From Clostridia bacterium (GTDB taxonomy: Bacteria; Bacillota; Clostridia; TANB77; CAG-508), in the NCBI GenBank assembly GCA_017934475.1, contig JAGBJN010000006.1, positions 64,437 through 128,436 on the forward strand: a DNA stretch of 64,000 nt, in the 5' to 3' direction. Under the pieces are notes generated by a model. It saw nothing but the letters and a program-made list of their open reading frames with translations. It had not been told where the DNA came from and did no database searches. Positions 29,170 to 37,847 of the stretch are shown one piece after another; the first letter of the stretch is position 1, and every line of letters begins with the position of its first letter. A program made the position numbers and the translations under genes.

Positions 29170-31116
29170 TTATATAAATAATTTTGAAATCAAGTTTAAT
29201 AACTGCGTTGTTAAATGCTTCATATCATCAACATCTATAACTCGATCATAAACTTCTTTTAATGCTTCATAGCATTCTGTATCCCCTTTTTCTTCTTCCA
29301 ATGCAACACCTATAATACTTATTCCCTCTTTTTCAATTTTTCTTGCTGTATTATGAGTGTCTTTTGTAGAAACAGGAGGACTATAATCATCATTGTCGTT
29401 TGCTGTATGACATGGATAACCATCTGAAATGCAAATAATTACTTTGTATTCTGCGTGAGAATGCTCTATTAAGTATTTTTTTGCCCACATTAAAGATAGA
29501 CCTTCTCTTGTTCCTTCATCTGCATCTAACAATAAAATATTGTACTTGTCATTTTTAGAATAATTAAAATCTACTAAAATTTTATGTTTTACTAATGGCT
29601 CATCAAATATAGCTCTATGTTCAACAATAGCATGTTCAATACCGTTTTTAGATAATACCTCGTGAAGTATTACTGAAGATTTAATTGCATTTTCGTTTTT
29701 AGCTCCTGCCATAGATCCTGATCCGTCTATTAAAAATAGAATTGCTATATCTGGTACATCTATTCCTTGAACTTTTCTATACCAATAGCGCTTTTTCAAG
29801 TCGCCTAATCTTTTAGATTCTATTCCACTTCCAAAGCTAAACTTATCTTCTTTTGAGTCAACATTTCCTTTTAGAAGTTGACTAAATTTAGCATTATAGG
29901 AATTTATATTAAGCTTATATCTATTGTAGATATTATCATAAGCTTTTTTCATATTTATATTTGGTTTAGGATATGTAACTTTTATTTTTATATCTTTGTG
30001 CATTGCACTAGCCTTTAAATCTCCGCCTGTATATTCCCAATGTTGAGTAGTTTTTGAAGCTTGTCTTATACTTTGTCGTTTATCTTCTTCAAATTTTTCT
30101 AATTCATAAATATACTGTTCTGAATAATCATCATCAATTTTATTTCCTTCTAAATCAGTAAATAATCTTCTTGTTATTACTGCTTTTCTTCCTTTAGATT
30201 CAAATTGATTTATAGACATATCCTTTCCAGAGTGAGTTTTTTCATCTCCTACTAAAACAGAAATGAATTTCTTTACATATTCGTATTTCTCAATGTCTTT
30301 ATCATTTATTTTAGGGATTAAAGGTTCTATAATGTCAAAAATTTTACTTGTATATTCGTATCTTTGGTCTGGATCTCCGCAAATACTTCCTTCAAGCCAT
30401 AGTTCTTTTGTCTTATCTACATATTCTTTTATATCTTCTGAAGGTTCTTCAAGTTTTACCATAGGATATAAAAGCATTGTAGTAAAATAATCAATTAGTT
30501 CCATTATTAAACTTATTTTTCTTTGTATTTTAAGTTCTTCTTCAGAAGGTTTTGTTTCTTGTTCTTCTTCTGGTTTTGTAAATTCTTCAAATTTTCTTTG
30601 TATTGTTCCTTTAGCAGGTGTAGTTGAAAATAACCTTGAAACTCTTCCAAAGGTTAAGAAAAGATTCATATTATCAAATTCACTAGCTCCTGCGGCTTCA
30701 ATAAAGCAATCTTCTATTACATTTGATATACTGCTTAATATCATTTGATTAAATTTATTATTCCCTCTAGGATCTTTTAATAAATCTGGAGGAAAGTTAG
30801 TATAGATTATATGTAATGCTTCATGTATGTTTTGCGCTCTAGTAATCATTTTTAAAGCTATAAATCGATCAACAGAAAAAGTTTGAGGAAGACCTAAAAA
30901 TTCTTCTGTGTTTTTTAATGCGATATAATCGCAAAATAATTCATCGTTTGCAGGATCTACAACTATATTTTTTCCATCAGTATAAGCTTGATTTTCATTT
31001 ATAAAAAACAACCTTAAATTTGGATTTTCTGAAAGCATTGAGGCAAAGTCTTCTTCAATTTTTCTATTATCTTCAGTTTGAAATATCTTTAAAATTTCTC
31101 TATCTTGCTTTTGCAT
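29170..31116 (-). CDS. vWA-domain protein with N-terminal HExxH (zincin-like) region
   Basis: MIDAS LIDGSGSM (DNA 29710-29727), ICISDGYP, HEALH at residues 98-102 (DNA 30811-30825), and an acidic linker. Confidence 0.75.
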   Translation of the reverse strand: MQKQDREILKIFQTEDNRKIEEDFASMLSENPNLRLFFINENQAYTDGKNIVVDPANDELFCDYIALKNTEEFLGLPQTFSVDRFIALKMITRAQNIHEALHIIYTNFPPDLLKDPRGNNKFNQMILSSISNVIEDCFIEAAGASEFDNMNLFLTFGRVSRLFSTTPAKGTIQRKFEEFTKPEEEQETKPSEEELKIQRKISLIMELIDYFTTMLLYPMVKLEEPSEDIKEYVDKTKELWLEGSICGDPDQRYEYTSKIFDIIEPLIPKINDKDIEKYEYVKKFISVLVGDEKTHSGKDMSINQFESKGRKAVITRRLFTDLEGNKIDDDYSEQYIYELEKFEEDKRQSIRQASKTTQHWEYTGGDLKASAMHKDIKIKVTYPKPNINMKKAYDNIYNRYKLNINSYNAKFSQLLKGNVDSKEDKFSFGSGIESKRLGDLKKRYWYRKVQGIDVPDIAILFLIDGSGSMAGAKNENAIKSSVILHEVLSKNGIEHAIVEHRAIFDEPLVKHKILVDFNYSKNDKYNILLLDADEGTREGLSLMWAKKYLIEHSHAEYKVIICISDGYPCHTANDNDDYSPPVSTKDTHNTARKIEKEGISIIGVALEEEKGDTECYEALKEVYDRVIDVDDMKHLTTQLLNLISKLFI

Positions 31117-31140
31117 AGAAGAACCATACCTCCTTTTAAA

Positions 31141-32694
31141 CTAATTCCATTTATATAATAATAAAAATCCTCTAATTACATTTTCAAGTGTTCTATCACA
31201 TTTTGCAATAGGTATAATTGTTTTTTCAGCAGCTTTTAAATAACCTTCATATTTAGCTTGTCTAGCCCAATTTTCAAGATTTCTAGGAGAAATAACTATA
31301 TCTAATTCTTCAGCCTCTATTTTATTTTTTAATTTATGATATACTCCTAAAATTTTTGTAACATATTCTTTGCATTCTGGAACTCTTGTTATTAGCATTT
31401 TCTTAATTGCTGCATCTGATAGTGAAGCAATTTCAACAATAGTATTAAATCTGTTATATAATGCTTGATTCAACTCTTTTGTTCCAAAGTATCCTAAATT
31501 CATAGTTGCAAAGAATCTAAAATTAGGATTTCTTCTAACTATTTCTCCGTTATCTAATCTAACAAATCCATTGTCATCTAATAATGAATTCAAGAAAGCT
31601 AAATATGCAGGTTTAGCAAAGTTTATTTCTTCAAATACTACTGCTCCCCCATCTCTTATTGCTTTTGTTACAAAGCTTTCTTTAAAGACTATCTGATCTC
31701 CTTCTGGAATAAATTTACCTAAAATAAATTCATCTAAATTTTCGCTACAATTTACTGTATCCATAATAGGAAGTCCAATATCTCTACAAATTAGCTTACA
31801 AGAAATTGTTTTACCAGTCCCAGCAGGACCATGAAGTAAAACAGTTTTTGAATCTCCATTTACTACTGCATTACATATTGGCTTTAATTGTTCTGGAAGT
31901 TCAAATTCTTCTCCTAAATTTGGTATTAGTTGTTTTTGTTCTTCTGTAAATACATTATCTTCAAATTTTGTAACTACTATATCTAATGTTTCTTGTAATT
32001 GCTCTTTGTTTTGTCTTATAACTCCGTAAACATCTTTATAAGAAACGAATTCTCTTAAGTCATAATTAAGAAGATCTTCATCAGTTGTAAAATTGTATTC
32101 TTCCATCTTATGCTCTTGATAGAAGTCTTCATGAATATTTACAAAAGTATCAGCAGTTGGATTTTCTATGTAATTAAAGACAACTCTATTAAATTCATCA
32201 TCGTTACTTGTATCTCTTGCAAGTAATGCAGCAAACGAAACAAAATACCAATAAATCATATCTATTAGTTCGCCGTCTTCGGGATATTCTTTACTTTCTG
32301 TTGGCAATATACTTTGATTTTCGTCATAGAAGGTTAGGTTTATTTCATTATTCTCTAATAATACAACAGCTTGATCTACTCTATTGTCAATTATTCCGTT
32401 ATCTTTCCAATCTTCTGGAAATTTAACTTTGAAATACAGTTTTGATTTATCACTATTTACTAAAATATCTCCAGAGATTCCATCTTCGTTTGAAATTAAG
32501 CTTCTTAATACTAGAGAGAATAAAGTTATCCCCTCTCCTATTGGCTGACAAAGTGTTGTTGTTCCTCTATAAGATTGATTATTTGGATGTACATAGTATT
32601 GTGTAGCATCAGACAAATGTCTGAATCCAAATCCTTTATATATTTCATCGCTATTTTCCCTTACAATTTTGTAAGAATCTTTAAATATATTCAT
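31141..32694 (-). CDS. MoxR/CobS/AAA_5-type AAA+ ATPase with a ~280-aa unique N-terminal domain
   Basis: Walker A LLHGPAGTGKT (DNA 31807-31830), Walker B-like AVVFEEINFAKP, FFATMN sensor. Start moved to MNIFKD (AGAGGTG RBS). Confidence 0.75.
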   Translation of the reverse strand: MNIFKDSYKIVRENSDEIYKGFGFRHLSDATQYYVHPNNQSYRGTTTLCQPIGEGITLFSLVLRSLISNEDGISGDILVNSDKSKLYFKVKFPEDWKDNGIIDNRVDQAVVLLENNEINLTFYDENQSILPTESKEYPEDGELIDMIYWYFVSFAALLARDTSNDDEFNRVVFNYIENPTADTFVNIHEDFYQEHKMEEYNFTTDEDLLNYDLREFVSYKDVYGVIRQNKEQLQETLDIVVTKFEDNVFTEEQKQLIPNLGEEFELPEQLKPICNAVVNGDSKTVLLHGPAGTGKTISCKLICRDIGLPIMDTVNCSENLDEFILGKFIPEGDQIVFKESFVTKAIRDGGAVVFEEINFAKPAYLAFLNSLLDDNGFVRLDNGEIVRRNPNFRFFATMNLGYFGTKELNQALYNRFNTIVEIASLSDAAIKKMLITRVPECKEYVTKILGVYHKLKNKIEAEELDIVISPRNLENWARQAKYEGYLKAAEKTIIPIAKCDRTLENVIRGFLLLYKWN

Positions 32695-32711
32695 AAATCC
32701 CACCTCTAAAT

Positions 32712-33425
32712 TTAATGTGATATTTTTAATCCTTTATTTTCATCTAAATCAAATCCTACTTGCCAGAAACAGCTGTCTAATATTTTCATTTGAGGATATT
32801 CCATTCCGTTTACAGTCATTTGACTTCTTGCATCTTCAAACTCTTTATAGTATTCATTATAAAAATCGACCAATTCTAGTATAGATTTTATATTAAAATT
32901 ACCAGAAGCAGCTTTCTCATTTCGTACTCCTGAAACAAAATATCTATCATAAGCAGGAACACAACCTAAAGTTCCCATTAAAACCTTTGTAACTAAAGTA
33001 TCAGATAATTCATTTTTAGGAATAGATTCTTTTACGCTTAATCTAATTTTATTATATACTTCTTTAATTCTACTTACTAAATCTTTTAATTTTTCTTGGT
33101 TTTCTATATTCTTATATTGATTTATTTCTATTCCCCATAATGAGTTATATTTATCTTCAAGTAATATTTTTATTACTGGTTTATGTACTTTATAATCTCT
33201 CTGTAATAAGAACGAAGAGCCTCTATACATTCCCCAACTCGCTAGATAAAAAGATAAATGCAAACATAAATAGTCTATAAATTCGTCATCTACAAAGCTT
33301 GAATTATGGGCATCATAAAATATTTTATAGCAATATTCCCATGATCTATATCTTCCATTTTCATCTTCTCTTAATTTATTATAAAATTTTAAACCTTGAT
33401 TTATTATTTCTTTAATATCACTCAT
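32712..33425 (-). CDS. 237-aa protein, unknown function (first gene after hsdR)
   Basis: Long ORF 20 nt after the hsdR stop. I recognise no motif. Conserved-looking core: RYRSWEYCY...FYLASWGMYRGSSFLL. Confidence 0.6.
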   Translation of the reverse strand: MSDIKEIINQGLKFYNKLREDENGRYRSWEYCYKIFYDAHNSSFVDDEFIDYLCLHLSFYLASWGMYRGSSFLLQRDYKVHKPVIKILLEDKYNSLWGIEINQYKNIENQEKLKDLVSRIKEVYNKIRLSVKESIPKNELSDTLVTKVLMGTLGCVPAYDRYFVSGVRNEKAASGNFNIKSILELVDFYNEYYKEFEDARSQMTVNGMEYPQMKILDSCFWQVGFDLDENKGLKISH

Positions 33426-33445
33426 TATAGTACCTTCTTTTTACT

Positions 33446-36400
33446 TTAGTTATTATCATTAGGATTATAATCTTCATCTTCTTCAGCAACTTGTAATAAT
33501 TCATTATTATTATTTGCTAAATTATATAATTCTTCTTCATTTCTAAATCCATTAGTTTTTATGTATGTATGCTCTGTTTGAGTATCATCATCTCTTTTTT
33601 TACTTACTTCTATATTTTCTCCCATCAATTCAGCTTGTAATACAACTGTTTGAACTGCTTCATCTGCTTTTGTTGGTGGATAATGATATTTTCTTAATAA
33701 TCTCTTTATTTCTCTTCTCATGAAAGCTCTAGCTGATTCTTTCTTATCCCAATCAACAGTCCTATTCTTTCTAACTGTTTCAGTAAGTTCATGAGCTAAT
33801 TGTATTAAAACTTCGTCTTGCATTTCTTTTAATACATTTGGATCTTTAACAAGAGCATCATAGAAAGCATATTCATCGTCTGTTAATCCTTTTTCTTTTC
33901 CTTCATTTTTAGCATCTACAACTTCTTTTGAAAGATTTAATAATTCTTCAATAACTTCTGCACTTGTTATTAAACGATTATTATATTTTTTCATTATTTC
34001 AGCCATTTTTTGTGAGAATAATTCTGCTTTTACTAAATTAGTTCTTTTGAAAACTCTAATATTTCCATCGATAAGTCTTTTTAATAATTCAGCTGCAATA
34101 TTTTTATTTTTCGATTTCTTTATACTTTCAAGATATTCTTCTGAAAGTATAGAAATTTCTGGATTACTTCTATCTGCTGCTTTAAATATATCAATTATTC
34201 CATCCTCTTGAATAGCTTGTTCTAATACATTTAAGATTCTTTGATTTACTTCTGTTGTAGTTAAATGTCCTTTTCCTGTTATTTTATTAACGCCAACTTT
34301 TACGCCTTTAAAGAATTCAACTTCTAATTTTGTTTGTTCATCTAATATACTTCTTGCAAGTGTTTCAGCTTGAGATAAAGCTGTTGCTTCAGCGATAAAA
34401 TCTTTCTTTTCATCTTCGTCTTTAGAAAGTACATAGTTAATTCCATCAGCTAAAGTTCTTAATCTTAATTGATTTGAACTACTGAAGAAACCTTGATAAT
34501 CAAATCCATAGAAGAAATCTCTCATTACTTCTAGTTTCTCTCTAACTATTACATACGCTGCTGTAATATCTGGAACTTTATCTCTATCTCTATTTGTATA
34601 TTCATTTAAAGCGTTTCTTAAGTCTGCTCCTATACCTATATAATCAACAATAAGTCCTGCTTCTTTGTCTTTGTAAACTCTATTAACACGAGCTATTGCT
34701 TGCATTAAGTTATGACCTCTCATAGGCTTGTCTATGTACATTGTAGCAAGGTCTGGAACATCAAATCCAGTAAGCCACATATCAACAACAATAACAATTT
34801 TTAGCTTACTTTTTTCATCTTTAAATTCAGTTGCAAGGTCATCTCTATACTTTTTATTTCCAACTATTTCATGCCAATCAGTAGGATCATCATTATTATC
34901 TGTTAAAACAACTTTAATTTTATCATTCCATTCTGGTCTTTTTTCTATAATTTCTTTATATAAATCTATTGCTATTTTTCTAGTCATACAAACAATCATA
35001 GCTTTTCCATTTAGTATATCTTCTCTTTGCTCGTAATGTTCAATAATATCTTTAGATAACATTTCTAAACGATCTTGTGCGCCAATAACTGTTTCAAGTT
35101 TTGCAAGTTCTTCTTTAGATTTAGTTACAGTTTCAACATCAGCTTCGTCATTTTCAATTATGTAGTTATACTCGTCATCAATTTCTTTAAGAACATTTTC
35201 GTCAAGTTTTAATTTTGCAACTCTATTTTCATAATAAATAGGAACAGTAGCATTATCTAATACAGCTTGAGTCATATCATATACATCTATGTAATCTCCG
35301 AAAAGTATTCTTGTGTTTTTATCTGCATATTCTATTGGAGTTCCAGTAAAAGCTATGAAAGTAGCTTTAGGAAGACTATCTCTCATCTTTTTAGCATAGC
35401 CTGTTTGGAATTCTCCAGTTTTTCTATTAAATTTCTTCTCTGTACTATATTGACTTCTATGTGCTTCATCAACGATAAATATAATATTTTCACGATCAGA
35501 AATTATATCATCGCCTTCTTCAAATTTTTGTATAGTTGTAAATATAATTCCACCTGCATTTACGCTTAATAGCTCTTTTAATTTCTTTCTACTTGCAGCA
35601 TGTTGAGTTTTTTGAGGAAGTATTTCTCTATTTGTATTCGCAAATGTTTCATATAATTGGTTATCTAAATCGTTTCTGTCTGTTAGTACAACAATAGTAG
35701 GATTGTTTAAGTCTTGTATTTTAGAAATTTTTCCAGTATAAAATACCATTGCGAAACTTTTTCCAGAACCTTGAGTATGCCATACAACACCTGCTTTTCC
35801 AGTATGTTCATCTAAAGCTTTTAATGTGCTTTTTATTGATTTATCTACTGCAAAATATTGATGGTATCCTGCTAGTATCTTTATTCTTCCTTTTTCTTTA
35901 TTTTGAAATAATATAAAGTTTGTAATAATGTCAATTAGTCTATCTTTTCTGAAAACACCATTTAATAATACATCTATTTGATTTATATTATCTTCTGGCT
36001 TCTCCCCATCTTTAGATTTCCATGTCATAAATCTATTAAAGTCTGCTGTAATAGTTCCTATTCTTGCATTTATTCCATCACTTATTACGCTAAAAACATT
36101 GTAATAAAATAAGCTCTTAATGTCTTCTTGATAATTTTTTATTTGATTATATGCGTTTTCAATAGTTGTATCTTCATTTATTGCATTTTTAAGTTCAAAT
36201 ACAATTAGAGGGATTCCGTTTATAAATACAACAACATCAGGTCTTTTTTCTTTATATTCAATAACGGTGTATTGATTTAAGACTTGGAATAGGTTATTTT
36301 CTATATTATCTCTATCAATTAACTTTGCAACAAAAGTTTTATCTCCTTCAATAGGAACTTCAACTCCTGCATAAAACATGTGATAAAATTCGTAGTTTGC

Positions 36401-36622
36401 TTCTACAAGATCTACTGCATGAAAGTTTCTTATTTTTCTATATACTTCATCTGCAATATCTTCAGTTATTCCTTCATTTATTTTATATAAGGATTCATAA
36501 AATACATCTTTTAGTATTGCTTCTTTATAATCTCTTTCAACATCAGGTGCATACTGATATTCATAACCTAATTCCTTTAATTGTTCAATTATGGCTTGTT
36601 CTACATTATCCTCTCTGAACAT
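33446..36622 (-). CDS. hsdR: type I restriction enzyme, R (endonuclease/translocase) subunit
   Basis: N-terminal PD-(D/E)xK region (VVFINGIPLIVFELK), helicase motif I HTQGSGKS and motif II IVDEAHRSQ; 1058 aa. Confidence 0.95.
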   Translation of the reverse strand: MFREDNVEQAIIEQLKELGYEYQYAPDVERDYKEAILKDVFYESLYKINEGITEDIADEVYRKIRNFHAVDLVEANYEFYHMFYAGVEVPIEGDKTFVAKLIDRDNIENNLFQVLNQYTVIEYKEKRPDVVVFINGIPLIVFELKNAINEDTTIENAYNQIKNYQEDIKSLFYYNVFSVISDGINARIGTITADFNRFMTWKSKDGEKPEDNINQIDVLLNGVFRKDRLIDIITNFILFQNKEKGRIKILAGYHQYFAVDKSIKSTLKALDEHTGKAGVVWHTQGSGKSFAMVFYTGKISKIQDLNNPTIVVLTDRNDLDNQLYETFANTNREILPQKTQHAASRKKLKELLSVNAGGIIFTTIQKFEEGDDIISDRENIIFIVDEAHRSQYSTEKKFNRKTGEFQTGYAKKMRDSLPKATFIAFTGTPIEYADKNTRILFGDYIDVYDMTQAVLDNATVPIYYENRVAKLKLDENVLKEIDDEYNYIIENDEADVETVTKSKEELAKLETVIGAQDRLEMLSKDIIEHYEQREDILNGKAMIVCMTRKIAIDLYKEIIEKRPEWNDKIKVVLTDNNDDPTDWHEIVGNKKYRDDLATEFKDEKSKLKIVIVVDMWLTGFDVPDLATMYIDKPMRGHNLMQAIARVNRVYKDKEAGLIVDYIGIGADLRNALNEYTNRDRDKVPDITAAYVIVREKLEVMRDFFYGFDYQGFFSSSNQLRLRTLADGINYVLSKDEDEKKDFIAEATALSQAETLARSILDEQTKLEVEFFKGVKVGVNKITGKGHLTTTEVNQRILNVLEQAIQEDGIIDIFKAADRSNPEISILSEEYLESIKKSKNKNIAAELLKRLIDGNIRVFKRTNLVKAELFSQKMAEIMKKYNNRLITSAEVIEELLNLSKEVVDAKNEGKEKGLTDDEYAFYDALVKDPNVLKEMQDEVLIQLAHELTETVRKNRTVDWDKKESARAFMRREIKRLLRKYHYPPTKADEAVQTVVLQAELMGENIEVSKKRDDDTQTEHTYIKTNGFRNEEELYNLANNNNELLQVAEEDEDYNPNDNN

Positions 36623-36658
36623 TTTTAATTCCCCCTATCTTGTTTTGTTCCTTTGTGC

Positions 36659-36745
36659 TAACAAATAACAATTTGTATGACTAAATTTCAATTTTATCTA
36701 GGTCTATTTCTCCATTCATAAGTTTTGGTAGTAAAGTATCTCTGA
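36659..36745. repeat. 87-bp direct repeat, copy A (3' end of the hsdS cassette plus 22 nt of 3' flank)
   Basis: Identical to 38887-38973 except for one base (a/t at repeat position 76). Confidence 0.9.
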
Positions 36746-37274
36746 GCTTAATTAAATTTATATTTTCAGAATTATTATGTTGTATCTTTTTTAAAATATT
36801 TTTATATTTTAATTGCTGCTCAATACTAATAATTGGTAATCCCAGTGTATTAACAAAAGCTTTATCTGTATGAGGTATAGCCGAACCTGTATTTTTATTT
36901 TTTATAAGTTCTGAATATTTTTTTAGTATAAAAAATATATATTCTTTGGTATAGCTTTCGTTGATTATATCTATTTTAGCTAATGTTGAGCCAACAATAC
37001 CATAATCTGAAAAATATACTTCTCCACTGCTAGCCCCATCCATTACCATTAAAATATCTTTCTCTGAAATTATTGTTTTTGTTGGATTAGCGTATGTAAT
37101 TTCTTGATTATTCAAACAGGCTATTGTTAAATATTTGATATAATCTTTTTCTTCTTTATTACTAATATTTAATGGTTTTTTCCCTTTTGTAAATTTTATT
37201 ATGTTATTAAGTAATTCTATTTCTGCATTATTCTCAAAATCATTTTGTAATAAGCTATTTGCTATTTCGTACAA
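36681..37274 (-). CDS. half hsdS cassette: TRD2' + C-terminal conserved region (probably silent)
   Basis: It ends with LPKLMNGEIDLDKIEI, matching the full-length hsdS C-terminus (same last 16 aa). It has only a TTG start and no RBS, and an in-frame stop lies 6 codons upstream. Confidence 0.7.
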   Translation of the reverse strand: MYEIANSLLQNDFENNAEIELLNNIIKFTKGKKPLNISNKEEKDYIKYLTIACLNNQEITYANPTKTIISEKDILMVMDGASSGEVYFSDYGIVGSTLAKIDIINESYTKEYIFFILKKYSELIKNKNTGSAIPHTDKAFVNTLGLPIISIEQQLKYKNILKKIQHNNSENINLIKLRDTLLPKLMNGEIDLDKIEI

Positions 37275-37303
37275 ATTATTATTTATGTGCGTTTATTTGT
37301 AAA

Positions 37304-37837
37304 TTAAGCTACTTGCAAATTATTATTTGTATGAATATTTAAATCTATTTTTCTATCTAATATATTTAAGATATATGCAATCTTTCTTTGATTTTTCAAG
37401 TCTGGAATCATTATTTTTGTTTTTGAAAGTTCGTTAAAAGTTATTTGAGGAAATGTTCCAGATCTTGTTTCTGCTACATGTTGAAGGTAGTTTATTACAT
37501 TATCACTTTTTAATATTTGATATAAATAGTCATTATCTATATTTCCTTTATTTCTTAATACCATAAGTTTTGTACTAGCGATATAGTCATCGGAATCAAA
37601 ATTTATATATGCAAATCTTTTATTTTTTGGTCTTATTTCGCTATATAAAATATCATTCTTTTTAAATCTTTTTTTGAATTGCCCTTTCAAATTCTTATTA
37701 CTTACATACTCATGGTTTAAAACTTTTCCATTTTCTATATCAGAAGTGTTAATAAGTATAACTTCAGATTTATTTATTTTAGTTGTATCTGTTATACTTT
37801 CAACAAATTCTCCTAATTCTCTTTCATATAAGTTCAT
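37304..37837 (-). CDS. half hsdS: TRD1' + central conserved region, own RBS
   Basis: It ends with HTNNNL, the same central motif as full-length hsdS (KHTNNNLYKIL). GGTGG RBS, 10 nt after the recombinase stop. Confidence 0.7.
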   Translation of the reverse strand: MNLYERELGEFVESITDTTKINKSEVILINTSDIENGKVLNHEYVSNKNLKGQFKKRFKKNDILYSEIRPKNKRFAYINFDSDDYIASTKLMVLRNKGNIDNDYLYQILKSDNVINYLQHVAETRSGTFPQITFNELSKTKIMIPDLKNQRKIAYILNILDRKIDLNIHTNNNLQVA

Positions 37838-37847
37838 ATAATTCCAC

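Noticed and set aside
29170-32694. Reading the AAA+/vWA pair as aerobic cobaltochelatase CobS/CobT
   Set aside because: There is no cobN or any other cobalamin gene nearby. The ATPase carries a large extra N-domain, and the vWA protein carries HExxH. The pair is packed behind hsdR in a mobile island. This is not formally excluded without profile searches.
34728-36618. Plus-strand ORFs inside hsdR (34728-35036, 35267-35569, 36397-36618)
   Set aside because: They are antisense shadows of a 1058-aa gene with all helicase motifs intact.
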